From: Mucilaginibacter sp. | GTDB taxonomy: Bacteria > Bacteroidota > Bacteroidia > Sphingobacteriales > Sphingobacteriaceae | DNA length: 64,000 nt | Direction: 5' to 3' | Assembly: GCA_030445275.1 (NCBI GenBank) | Contig: JAUCSE010000066.1 | Span: 10,336 to 74,335 of the forward strand | Shown: in pieces, positions 28,361 through 38,700 of the stretch | Layout: every line of letters begins with the position of its first letter | Position numbering within the stretch: the stretch's first letter is position 1 | The notes under the pieces: generated by a model | The model's database searches: none | What the model saw: the letters and a program-made list of their open reading frames with translations, nothing else | Told to the model about the DNA's origin: nothing | Made by a program: the position numbers and the translations under genes

Positions 28361-28723
28361 TTATTTAGCAGGCTTATTAGCAGGTGGCGTTGCAGGTGCA
28401 TTATTAAGCGGCGTGCTTAACGGAGCAGATGCCGGCGCTGTTGGTTTTGAAGCTTTTTCAATTTGATCACGCAAGGCAGGGTTACTGCTGCTTGCGACTC
28501 CGCCTTTTACCGCTACATTAATTGCCAGTGATAAAACCATTACACTAATGGCAAGTACCCAGGTGCCTTTTTCTAAAAAGTCGCCTGTTTTTTGCACACC
28601 CATTAACTGTGATGAACTTGAAAAATTTGATGACAGGCCGCCACCTTTAGGGTTTTGGATCAATACGATAAGCCCTAAAAGGATGCAAACGATAATGGTA
28701 AGGATAATTAAAACTAAATACAT
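28361..28723 (-). CDS. secG: preprotein translocase subunit SecG
   Basis: 120 aa. IVLIQNPKGGGLSS motif, two TM segments, Pro/Ala-rich tail. Confidence 0.85.
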   Translation of the reverse strand: MYLVLIILTIIVCILLGLIVLIQNPKGGGLSSNFSSSSQLMGVQKTGDFLEKGTWVLAISVMVLSLAINVAVKGGVASSSNPALRDQIEKASKPTAPASAPLSTPLNNAPATPPANKPAK

Positions 28724-28732
28724 TTCTTTATA

Positions 28733-30109
28733 TTAATTGGTTTTCTTTTCTAACTGTTCAATTTGGGTGGCAAAGTAACGGCTTTTTTCCGGAAATTTCA
28801 ACATCAATTTTTTATAGGTAGCTATTGCTTTGTGGTATAACATCTGGTCGGCATATATTTGAGCCAGGGTTTCGCTTACCAGGTCATTCCGGTCCTCGGC
28901 ACTTTTTTTGGCCTTGTTTTCGTTATCAAGCTTATCCATTGCAGGTGGCCGTATCTGCGGCTCTTCCTGTATGAATTTCTCAATAATAACATCTTCCTTA
29001 CGTTTTATTTCGGGCCCATCAGATACAGGCGTTTTTTCAAGCTCCTCTAATGATCGTACATGAAAGATATTTTCTACATACTGTTGCTGTAATGCATCAG
29101 GAAAATACGCTTTAGGCACATCGCTATTTGCCGGCAGATTGGTTGAATATGGTTGATATGTTGCAGCATACTCCTTACGCGTTTTATCTAACCACCACAT
29201 AAAAGTATAAGGCATCTTTTCGTCATTATACTTTGATACGTCCTGGTGGTTCCCTGCTTTTGCTTCCGTATTTTCTTGACGAGCTACACCAGTTGCAGAT
29301 GAGGTAACTTGTTCTTTCCCGTTTGTGTTTTTCTGATCAACTATCGAGTTATCAAACGTAAAATAATCACTACTGGCTATATTACCAATAATCCATTTTT
29401 CTGATCCAATATCTATAGCTGACTCATTTACCTTTCCTTTTTCATCTGTAACAGCTGCATCAGCTTTTGATACCTCTTCGGTTCCATGAGTTTGCCCGGG
29501 GAAATTTATATTTTCAATACCTACAATTTCATCATATACTTCATCTTCAATATCTGCTTCAGGATGTGCTGATGCAAAATGCCCATCCTCATGATTTGCG
29601 GTTATATGTTCAGTAGTAATTTCCGGTTCATCTATAACCGGCGACTGGTGTGTTTCTATATCAGTATTGTGCTTTCCTGTTGTTTCAGTTTCATTAGCAA
29701 TAAACTGTTCGCTGACTGTTGCATCTGGCAAAACTGCAGATACCACTGCTTCATTTGTTAGTATAGTTTCATGTGCCAGGCCTATATTAAAATAATTTTC
29801 GGCTACAGCTGTATCCTGCAAGTGACCATTACCCACTTCTTTAGCATTTCCATTAATTTGAGATGGTAATACTACCGCAAGGCTATCAGCATCATTAATA
29901 AGTTTGTATAATAAATGCGGATCAACATAAGCAGCAGCTTGTTTTAGCCCTGTACCCGCATGAGCAAGCATGGCGCGCAGTATACCGCTTTGCGGAAATT
30001 CAACAACCAATTGTTGTAAATTGTAGTTGTACTGCTGCCCGGTATTGGCCGGATTGGCCAATAATTCCTTTAATATTTCGTTCTGCCTGTTATTCAAATC
30101 TTGATCCAC
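28733..30109 (-). CDS. acidic low-complexity protein with C-terminal TPR-like helix pair
   Basis: 458 aa. C-terminus [32 protein letters not shown]. No other recognisable domain. Confidence 0.5.
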   Translation of the reverse strand: MDQDLNNRQNEILKELLANPANTGQQYNYNLQQLVVEFPQSGILRAMLAHAGTGLKQAAAYVDPHLLYKLINDADSLAVVLPSQINGNAKEVGNGHLQDTAVAENYFNIGLAHETILTNEAVVSAVLPDATVSEQFIANETETTGKHNTDIETHQSPVIDEPEITTEHITANHEDGHFASAHPEADIEDEVYDEIVGIENINFPGQTHGTEEVSKADAAVTDEKGKVNESAIDIGSEKWIIGNIASSDYFTFDNSIVDQKNTNGKEQVTSSATGVARQENTEAKAGNHQDVSKYNDEKMPYTFMWWLDKTRKEYAATYQPYSTNLPANSDVPKAYFPDALQQQYVENIFHVRSLEELEKTPVSDGPEIKRKEDVIIEKFIQEEPQIRPPAMDKLDNENKAKKSAEDRNDLVSETLAQIYADQMLYHKAIATYKKLMLKFPEKSRYFATQIEQLEKKTN

Positions 30110-30130
30110 GTGGTTGAAAGTACGAATTAC

Positions 30131-30640
30131 CTACCAATTAGAAAAGGCTTTGTTAAAAACATCTTCTGTTATTTGATCAACTATTGTTTTTATCAGGGTT
30201 TGTTCCTGCGATCCGATATCTCCTCTGAAATTCACAAATCCCGGAAAATCCTGATCAAAATTAATTTTTTTATCCCCTTCATAAACAAATTTCACTCTTA
30301 CAGTTATGGTTAGTCTGTTAGCATCGGCAATAGGGGCCACATTACTGGCTACCGCCTCGATAGAAACCGGGGCAATGGTATACCCAACAATGTTGCCTGA
30401 TAAGGTGGCATCACTTTCATTACGACTAATGCTTAACCGGCTTTGCGAACGTATCCTGTCTTTTAAAGCTTCGGTAAATGTCTGGCTCAGGTTATTCACC
30501 ACCAATGGCGCGTTGTTTTCAAAAAACTGCACATTAATGGTTTTTAAGTTTGGCGGAATCGACGCGTTTTTAAGCGTATAACAGGATGATAAAAACAAGC
30601 TTAATGAACAAACCGTAATAATCCCCAATAATCTTTTCAT
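30131..30640 (-). CDS. LptE-like LPS-assembly lipoprotein
   Basis: 169 aa. Lipobox LFLSSC. Size and position between the sigma-54 activator and secG resemble Bacteroidota LptE-family genes (from memory). Confidence 0.5.
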   Translation of the reverse strand: MKRLLGIITVCSLSLFLSSCYTLKNASIPPNLKTINVQFFENNAPLVVNNLSQTFTEALKDRIRSQSRLSISRNESDATLSGNIVGYTIAPVSIEAVASNVAPIADANRLTITVRVKFVYEGDKKINFDQDFPGFVNFRGDIGSQEQTLIKTIVDQITEDVFNKAFSNW

Positions 30641-30644
30641 TAGC

Positions 30645-31892
30645 CTATAAGTTTAATTCTTTTATTTTCCTGTATAATGTTCTTTCTGATATGCCCAATT
30701 CGTTTGCGGCCAGCTTACGTTTTCCTTTGTGCTTTTTTAATGCCTTACGTATCAAGTCCGATTCTTTTTCAATCAGTGACAGTGATTCTTCAACTTCTTC
30801 GGCCTCATGTGTTATATTATACGCGTCAGCATTATTATTACTGTTATTATTGGTATTAACGGGTTGCTGTAAAGTAAATTGCGTTTCAGAATTTCCGGGT
30901 AGCTCAATATCGCGATATAACTGGTTAAGTGTTTGCGAATGATTACTATAGTTTGCTGCCACGCCTCCATGTTCAATAATATCGGCTACCAGCTTTTTTA
31001 GTTCAACCATGTCGCGCTTCATATCAAACAGTACCTTATATAATATATCCCGTTCCGAAAAATCCTCTTTGGGCTGATTGTCCAGGCGCATAGGCAAATT
31101 TCGGTTGCTTGTTTCATGCGGGATATAGGTAAGCAGTGTTTGCGCGGTAATAATGCGGTCGCGCTCCAGAACAGCCAATTGTTCGGCCATATTTTTAAGC
31201 TGCCTTACGTTACCCGGCCACGAATAATTAATTAATACCTGCTGAGCCTCTTCATCCAGCTGAATAGGTGGCGTGCGGTATTTATCGGTAAAATCTGAAG
31301 TGAATTTTCTGAAAAGCAGGTAAACATCTTCTTTCCTGTCGCGCAGTGGCGGTATCCGAAGCGGAACGGTATTTAAACGATAGTATAGATCTTCCCTGAA
31401 CTTACCGCTTTTTACAGCCTCGTATACATCAACATTGGTAGCGGCTATAACACGTACATTTGTTTTTTCGACCTTTGACGAGCCTACTTTTATGTATTGA
31501 CCAGATTCCAATACCCGCAGCAAACGCGCCTGGGTGCCTAAAGGCATTTCGGCTATTTCATCTAAAAAAATAGTACCACCATTTACGGTTTCAAAATAAC
31601 CTTTACGCTCGCCAACGGCGCCGGTATAAGCTCCTTTTTCGTGCCCAAATAATTCTGAATCAATGGTACCTTCAGGAATAGCGCCGCAATTTACAGCAAT
31701 GAACGGCCCGTGTTTACGTGGGCTCATTTGATGTATAATGTGCGAAAACACTTCTTTACCACTACCACTTTCGCCGGTTATTAGTACAGAGATGTCTGTT
31801 GGTGCCACCTGGTTGGCAATATTTATAGCCCGGTTAAGCAAAGGCGAATTGCCAATGATCCCGAAGCGTTGTTTTATTTCTTGTATATCCAT
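30645..31892 (-). CDS. sigma-54-dependent transcriptional activator lacking an N-terminal sensory/receiver domain
   Basis: 415 aa. The AAA+ domain starts at about residue 10 (GESGSGKE; GAYTGA loop; RQLKN). C-terminal Fis-type HTH (LAANELGISERTLYRKIKEL). Confidence 0.85.
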   Translation of the reverse strand: MDIQEIKQRFGIIGNSPLLNRAINIANQVAPTDISVLITGESGSGKEVFSHIIHQMSPRKHGPFIAVNCGAIPEGTIDSELFGHEKGAYTGAVGERKGYFETVNGGTIFLDEIAEMPLGTQARLLRVLESGQYIKVGSSKVEKTNVRVIAATNVDVYEAVKSGKFREDLYYRLNTVPLRIPPLRDRKEDVYLLFRKFTSDFTDKYRTPPIQLDEEAQQVLINYSWPGNVRQLKNMAEQLAVLERDRIITAQTLLTYIPHETSNRNLPMRLDNQPKEDFSERDILYKVLFDMKRDMVELKKLVADIIEHGGVAANYSNHSQTLNQLYRDIELPGNSETQFTLQQPVNTNNNSNNNADAYNITHEAEEVEESLSLIEKESDLIRKALKKHKGKRKLAANELGISERTLYRKIKELNL

Positions 31893-31897
31893 TATTT

Positions 31898-31924
31898 AAT
31901 TAGTGAGTTATTGATTTAGTGAAT
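31898..31924 (+). repeat. family-3 AT-rich repeat unit (AATTAGTGAGTTATTGATTTAGTGAAT)
   Basis: 26/27 match to the reverse complement of 27819-27845. Forms the left arm of an imperfect hairpin whose C/A-rich right arm (31972-32008) covers the miaB stop. Confidence 0.7.
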
Positions 31925-31998
31925 TATTGGATTAATAACAACTTATAGCCTAAGCCACTAACTATATTAACATAATCAACCAATCAACCTAATCCAAC

Positions 31999-33468
31999 TC
32001 AATTAACCACTTTCCCTATCAATGTAGCTGATGTGCTACGCTCTATCAATACGTTTACGTACTGGCCTGGTTTGTAGTTTTCACCTACCGGGAATATCAC
32101 CATGGCGTTTTGATCACTACGGCCACAATAGTCTTTATCTGATTTTTTTGAATAACCTTCTATCAGTACTTTTTCAACCTTGCCTATGCGTGCCTGCATG
32201 CGGTAAAAAGAATACTCCTGCTGCTTGGCCACAATTTGAGCCAGGCGACTTTGCTTTACTTCTTCCGGTATATCATCCGCATAACGTTTGGCGGCTAAAG
32301 TGCCCGGTCTTTCGCTGTATTTAAACATGTAGGCAAAATCGTACTTTACGTAATCCATCATGGTTACGGTATCATTATGTTCTTCATCGGTTTCGGTGCA
32401 AAAACCGGTGATCACATCTGTTGATATAGCGCAATCCGTAATAATACGACGAATGGCATCTATCCTGTTGATATACCAATCCCGATCATAAGTACGGTTC
32501 ATCATTTCCAGTATCCGGCTATTACCCGATTGTACTGGCAGATGTATATAGTTGCAAATATTTTCGTATTCGTTGATGGTGTATAACACATCATCAGTAA
32601 TATCTTTTGGATGCGAAGTTGAAAAACGAACCCGTAATTCTGGATTGATCAGCGCTACCATTTCTAAAAGATTAGCAAAGTTGGTGGTTTCAGGAGTTGT
32701 AGCGTTTGAAGTATCTTTTGACTCAGAACTCACAACTTCAGACTCAGAACTCGGTTTCCATTTATACGAATCCACATTCTGGCCCAGCAAGGTAACCTCG
32801 CGATAGCCTTTGTTAAACAGATCAACACATTCAGCTACTATTGACTGCGGATCACGGCTTCGTTCGCGGCCACGGGTAAAGGGCACTACACAAAATGAAC
32901 ACATATTATCGCATCCGCGCATAATGGATACAAACGCGTTAATACCGTTACTGTTTAACCGTACCGGGCTTATATCTGCATAGGTTTCTTCGCGCGATAG
33001 CAATACATTAACCGCTTTTTGGCCGCTATCAACCTGGTCAATCAAGTTAGGCAGATCACGATAAGCATCCGGCCCCACAACAACGTCAACCAGCTTTTCT
33101 TCCTCTAAGAATTTCGATTTTAAGCGTTCGGCCATACAGCCCAACACCCCTACCACCAATCCCGGATTTTTCACCTTGGCTACCGTAAATTCTTTCAAGC
33201 GGTTACGCACCCGTTGCTCCGCGTTTTCGCGTATGGAGCAGGTATTTATAAAAATAACATCAGCTAAGTTATGATCGGCAGTGGTTTCAAAACCCTGTTC
33301 AGCTAAAATTGACGCAACTATCTCACTGTCAGAAAAATTCATGGCACAGCCGTAACTTTCAATATAAAGTTTACGGCCATTGTTTTTACCGGCTACAGGT
33401 TCTAAAACCAATGCTTCACCCTGCCTGCTTTCATCATGTACCTTATCCGGAATAACCAAATCCATCAT
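31999..33468 (-). CDS. miaB: tRNA-i6A37 methylthiotransferase MiaB
   Basis: 489 aa. UPF0004 N-terminal domain ([10 protein letters not shown]), radical-SAM CxxxCxxC ([11 protein letters not shown]), TRAM C-terminus. Confidence 0.9.
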   Translation of the reverse strand: MMDLVIPDKVHDESRQGEALVLEPVAGKNNGRKLYIESYGCAMNFSDSEIVASILAEQGFETTADHNLADVIFINTCSIRENAEQRVRNRLKEFTVAKVKNPGLVVGVLGCMAERLKSKFLEEEKLVDVVVGPDAYRDLPNLIDQVDSGQKAVNVLLSREETYADISPVRLNSNGINAFVSIMRGCDNMCSFCVVPFTRGRERSRDPQSIVAECVDLFNKGYREVTLLGQNVDSYKWKPSSESEVVSSESKDTSNATTPETTNFANLLEMVALINPELRVRFSTSHPKDITDDVLYTINEYENICNYIHLPVQSGNSRILEMMNRTYDRDWYINRIDAIRRIITDCAISTDVITGFCTETDEEHNDTVTMMDYVKYDFAYMFKYSERPGTLAAKRYADDIPEEVKQSRLAQIVAKQQEYSFYRMQARIGKVEKVLIEGYSKKSDKDYCGRSDQNAMVIFPVGENYKPGQYVNVLIERSTSATLIGKVVN

Positions 33469-33537
33469 TTAATTAAAAATTAGTTTGCAAAAATACACAA
33501 AATTTAAATACATGAATGACATATTGGCAGTATTTAA

Positions 33538-33875
33538 CAAAAACAAGGCTTAATATCAATGATTGCCAATGATCTGCTAATTGAGGGCAACAATCAGGAT
33601 ACAAAAAGCGTTTTAAAACCAGGGCCAATTGACCTGCCACGCGACCCTAAAGTTTCTTTCTTTAGCTTTTTATATAAGGGCTTATTTGAAGGCTTAAAAC
33701 CCTATGTTGGTTTTGATAAAAAAACAGAAAACAATTTAATAATGCTGTAGCAAAGTGAGTATCTTGCTGGGAAAGTTTAATAATTTTAAAGGCGGCAGAA
33801 CTTAAAACAGAAAAAGAAGCTAAAAGACCGCAGAAGAGTAAGAAAAAAAGGATCACACAAAAAAAACGGAAATCA
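33538..33875 (+). pseudogene. decayed C-terminal fragment paralogous to the downstream 601-aa gene
   Basis: One frame gives KQGLISMIANDLLIEGNNQD...FFSFLYKGLFEGLKPYVGFDKK. This aligns with SFMSMFANLFVIKRNNPD...FFKTMWKTLLEGIKPCVGLDAQK of the 601-aa protein. After a stop and a frame change comes a Lys-rich tail (LKAAELKTEKEAKRPQKSKKKRITQKKRKS), mirroring KKAERKKRKADRKRKKEAKKQ. Confidence 0.45.
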
Positions 33876-33879
33876 GTAA

Positions 33880-35685
33880 ATGCAGTTGAAATTTTTAAAG
33901 CACGGGTGGCAAAAAACAGTATTTAAATTTGTGTTGATACCTGCGATAATAATTTTTCTTCTGGCTTTAATTGTTAACAGGTATTGGTCGCCTATTTTAG
34001 CTAATAAGGTACATGATGTTGTTTTAACCAGCAGTGACAGTTTGTATAAGGTTGATTTTTCTGATGCTGAACTGCATGTATTAGAAGGAAAAATAACCCT
34101 CTACAATATCAGCTTAAAGCCTGATACGGCCGTTTATAATAGAAAGAAGAAACAGCATTTGGCACCCAATAACCTGGTTGAGCTGCATGTGAAACGATTA
34201 GTGCTGCTACATGTACACCCCATTAGCTTATATTTCAGGCACAAACTAAATATTGGGCGGGTAATTTTAAATGAACCCGAAGTAAATATCAGTTACCAGC
34301 TTAATCATACTAAAGATACCATTGTAAAGGATCATCGTACTGCCTGGCAAAAAATTTCGAAGAGCTTGCATTCCATTCATATTGGTCAAATACAACTGAA
34401 CGATGTAAAATTTAAATACCAGGATTATTCAGGTAACAAAGTAGCTATATCTGAATTGAAAGAGATGAATCTGAGTGCTACAGACCTGCTAATAGACTCA
34501 GTAACTCAAACAGACAGGTCGCGCCTGCTTTACTGTAAGGATATTGTAACCGAGCTGAACAACTATTCAGGTAAAACTACAAGTGGCTTATACGCTTATA
34601 AAATAAAGTATCTTAAGCTATCTACTTTAAAATCACAATTAAATGTGGAGGGCCTGCAGCTTGAACCTGCAAAAACGGGGATATTTTTTAACAAAAGTAG
34701 CCATGATCGCTTTGGATTAAATATTGATTCGTTACAGCTTAACCACTTTGATTTTCTGAGTTATCATAAATATCGCCGCTTAACAGCAACAAGTCTGGTA
34801 TTAAACACAGGCACAATCAGCGTATTCAATAATCCAAATAAAACAAAAGATTCCACCATTGATAAAGTAATTACATTTCCGAATGTAATGATACATAAGA
34901 TTGGTATGGATTTGAATATTGATACGTTAAGAGTACATCGTATTAATGTGGAGTATTCTGAATTCAACAGAAAATCAAAAAAAACCGGTACAGTTACCTT
35001 TAATAATACCAGTGGTCATTTTTATAATGTAACTACAAATGAGGTGGCTATTGCACATAACAACATTACGGCTGTACAGCTTACCACCTATTTTATGAAC
35101 CAAGGCCGGCTTGATGTGCAATTTGCATTTAATTTAACCGATAAGGATGCTGCCTTTACTTATAAAGGAACTTTGGGCACTATGAATATGCAGGCACTTA
35201 ACTCGGCGGTAATGCCCCTGGCCATGGTTAAAGCCAGTTCAGGAACCATTAAACAGCTGAGCTTTGATATACAGGCAAACAGTAAAGTATTTAAGGGCAA
35301 TGTGGCTTTTTTATATAATGATTTGAAAGTAAACATATTTCAGGCCGATACTGCCAATGACCGTTTAAAAAAGCGGTCTTTTATGTCAATGTTTGCTAAC
35401 CTGTTTGTTATAAAGCGTAATAACCCTGATAAGGATAGCGAAACAGCACGGTCGGCAACGGTTCATTATCTTCGCCCAAAAGAGGCTCCTTTTTTTAAAA
35501 CAATGTGGAAAACACTTTTAGAGGGTATAAAACCTTGTGTTGGCCTGGATGCTCAAAAACAAAAGGCCACCAAAGACCGCATTGAGGAACATAATAAAAA
35601 CAAGCACGACCGGCTGGCTAAAAAAGCTGAACGGAAAAAACGCAAGGCCGATCGAAAGCGTAAAAAAGAAGCGAAGAAACAGTAA
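33880..35685 (+). CDS. membrane-anchored AsmA-like/DUF748-like protein with Lys-rich C-terminal tail (family uncertain)
   Basis: 601 aa. One N-terminal TM segment, a long beta-rich body, and a highly basic tail. Confidence 0.5.
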   Translation: MQLKFLKHGWQKTVFKFVLIPAIIIFLLALIVNRYWSPILANKVHDVVLTSSDSLYKVDFSDAELHVLEGKITLYNISLKPDTAVYNRKKKQHLAPNNLVELHVKRLVLLHVHPISLYFRHKLNIGRVILNEPEVNISYQLNHTKDTIVKDHRTAWQKISKSLHSIHIGQIQLNDVKFKYQDYSGNKVAISELKEMNLSATDLLIDSVTQTDRSRLLYCKDIVTELNNYSGKTTSGLYAYKIKYLKLSTLKSQLNVEGLQLEPAKTGIFFNKSSHDRFGLNIDSLQLNHFDFLSYHKYRRLTATSLVLNTGTISVFNNPNKTKDSTIDKVITFPNVMIHKIGMDLNIDTLRVHRINVEYSEFNRKSKKTGTVTFNNTSGHFYNVTTNEVAIAHNNITAVQLTTYFMNQGRLDVQFAFNLTDKDAAFTYKGTLGTMNMQALNSAVMPLAMVKASSGTIKQLSFDIQANSKVFKGNVAFLYNDLKVNIFQADTANDRLKKRSFMSMFANLFVIKRNNPDKDSETARSATVHYLRPKEAPFFKTMWKTLLEGIKPCVGLDAQKQKATKDRIEEHNKNKHDRLAKKAERKKRKADRKRKKEAKKQ

Positions 35686-35691
35686 CAATGT

Positions 35692-35738
35692 ATTAACCTG
35701 AAGACTTAAATTTATTGCAACAATAGCTTCAGGTTAAT
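35692..35738. terminator. 12-bp hairpin between convergent 601-aa gene and sprA
   Basis: ATTAACCTGAAG (35692-35703) pairs with CTTCAGGTTAAT (35727-35738). The right arm lies in the last sprA codons. No clear U-run. Confidence 0.3.
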
Positions 35739-38700
35739 ACCAAAATTAGTAAACGCGGTATTAAAGGTTTGAGAGGTATAAGGCCGGGTAATGTTTGAGT
35801 CGTAAAACAAGTTCAAGTTAAAACGTTGATTGATCACATAATCAATGGAAGGGCGCATGGTAATATTTTGCGCTCCCGATGATATTTCGGCCTGTTCTAC
35901 ATCGGGTCTGTATATCAATGTTTTATTATCGCGCAGCGAAAAGTCGAGCTTGAAATTAACATCGTTGTCCTTACCGGCCCCACTAAACCAACCAAAAGGA
36001 AAATGGAAGTTTTTGGTATGATAACCAAAGCCAAACACAATTATCCTTTCATTTTGCTGTGCAAGCTGGCTGTTCAATAGGCTTAAACTTAATGAGCGGC
36101 TTTGCCGGTATTCTATATTGGTAGTCATGCTGTTCTTGAATCTGATGCTGGCTCCTAACAGCGGCACAAACTGTTCAAAAATAGTTACCTGGGAAAACTG
36201 ATACAGTGGTAAAAAATCATTATTCAAATCCCTGGAGCTTGCTGCACCATGTGCCTCCTGGTATTGTAACAGTGAAGTAAATCCGTTTACGTTATAGGAT
36301 GAACGGTATCCGTGACTCAGATCAAAAGAATCAAAAATATCCAGGAAGAAAGGCAGCTTACTTAAACCATTATAGGTTATCTGCCAGTTTGGTATAGGAA
36401 TAGCCGGAAACTGGCCAAGGCCACTACTTGAAGCTTTTTTTCCTGTATAAGCAGCCAAAAAAGCAGGTACCAGCACGTTTTGCGAATTTGGCCCATAGCC
36501 ATCAGCATACCCATCAGTATTACCGGATGAGTTAGGATTAAGTACACCTAGTTTTTGTGATATGGTAGTACGGTTATCCAAAAATTTCTGATATATGGGC
36601 GACGTGTTATTAATGCCGGTTGTTTTCTTGAATGCAGTACCAATAGTTAAAAAGGAGATACTATAATTACCTGTGGTTACCGGGCTCAGGGTTTGAATAT
36701 CGTTAGTTTCGGGTAAGTATTTAAAATTGGCCTGGTAATTATGGTCTTGTGTTTTAAAGGCTATGAGCTCAATATGCAGGTCTTTAAACGGTTCAATTAT
36801 ACCTCTGAAATGCATATCCTCATTAAGGGTGGTTACATATAACTGATTTTGAAGGGTATCTCTGGTGATCCAGCCGTTGGCCACAGCCTTGCCCCGTATA
36901 TCGGCCTGGCTACCCAGTAAAAATCCTAAGCCAGGAGCCCCGGCATTGGATCCAAAAAAGCCCGACTCCGGTAAATAACCGGGTAAAAATATACCCTGCG
37001 TACGGGTATACGTTCCGCTAAGGTTTTTAACACTGGTTAATAGTCCCAGCAAAATCTTACTTATACCACTATTCTTTGAATTTGGATTATTGGCCTTACG
37101 TATGAACGGGAATTTATTGTAAAGCGCAATCATGTTAAGTGTCGGGTTCAACTGTATGGCCCTTGAATTTTGGATACTGTTACCTACATCATATGATGGA
37201 TCATTGATAGCAAATAATGGTTGGGTTTGCCAGTTAAAGTGTGCACTGTATCGGGCCACAGCGGCCACCCAATCCATACCAGGTATTTTACTAAATGGTA
37301 CCGTATAGTTAAAGTTAATGGTGTGATTATAATTGGTGGTACGGCCAAGTTTTTTAAGGTTATCCCAAAGCGTATCGCGCTTTAAACCGTTAATGCGGCC
37401 TGCCGGTTCATCAACTACCGATAAGTTGGTTGCATCAATATCCATTTGCAATGATTTTGACAAATTCCACCCTATACCATAAACCCTGGTAATGTTAAAA
37501 TATTTATTGAACGTGGTAGTTGGAATAGGAATAAAGTTATTAGGGTCATTATCCCTCAAAGTGTTCTCTGAGTAAAACCGGTTAAAATTGATGCTAAAGT
37601 TGAGCCGTGAAGGCAATATACTGAAATTGATATCACGGAATAGCGCCAGCAAGTTGCTCTTAATGATCTTGGCAAACGGACTATAATATTTAGGCTGATT
37701 GGTATAATTATAGGCTAGTGTTAAGTTGTAGGTCTTTTCCAGGTCATTCTGCGTTACAAAGTCATGGTGCGTATATTCGGTATAAGCGTAGGAGGCATTC
37801 CAGTTTTCAATATCCCAAACATGGTTGGGTGCATTGGGATCAGTTTTAGACTTATGTACGTTTGTAAAATTGTAGCTTTTACGTATTGTATAATCAACCG
37901 CGGCATTTCTGATGGAATCGCGCTCCTGTTTACTGGTTGCGGCCGCAAGCGAGGCTTTTAATTCCACATCAGGCGCGCCAGGATCATATTGGGGCATGCT
38001 TCTTTGTGAGGATACATTGACATAGGCCGGTATATGTATACCACTCTTAGCAGGAAAAAATTTACCGAGTTCAACATTTGCAGATACATCGTAGGTTTGA
38101 TCGTCGCTCCGGCTTCGGTCATTTAACCTGGAATCAAGCGTACCAAAACCAATGGTAGTTTTACTGCCAGCTACGGTAATGTCGGCAAAATCGGCAAGCT
38201 TGGCATTAGCCCTGGCAATAGCAGCCCAACCACCACGTTGATCAAAATCGGTTAAACGCAGCTCATCAAACCAAACAATACCGTTTTTGTCCAATCCATC
38301 ATCTGCGGCTGGTGAACTTCCTTTAAGGGGATTTCGTACCCCCAACATTACAGTAGCCAAGCGGCTCAGGTCAGGTTGTCCTTTAATATATACCACCTGA
38401 TCGCCCTCTGCGTACCTGAACACCTGGTTATAAGGCACATTGGAGTGATTCCGTTTTAGCTTTGCTCTTGTCAGCAGGTCCAGTTCCAGATCAATCGAAT
38501 TTGCAGTGGGCCATATCGCGTCCGGATCACGGGTACCAGGTGCAGTAACTTTTAAGGGTACTTGATACTCGTAATAGTTATCCTGATAATCAACACCCAG
38601 ACGTATAAAAGCGTTAAGGTCATTATCTTTTAATTGGTCGCCTTCGGCGTGTACAAACATTTGCAGGCGCTTGTAAGAACGCAGATCATTTGAAAAAGTT

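Noticed and set aside
32720-32761. 12-nt direct repeat GACTCAGAACTC, twice and 21 nt apart, inside miaB (giving SSES...SSES): possible insertion of a repeat element into a CDS
   Set aside because: It is in frame and lies in the linker between the radical-SAM core motifs, a region that from memory is already long and variable in Bacteroidota MiaB. Most likely a simple low-complexity duplication.
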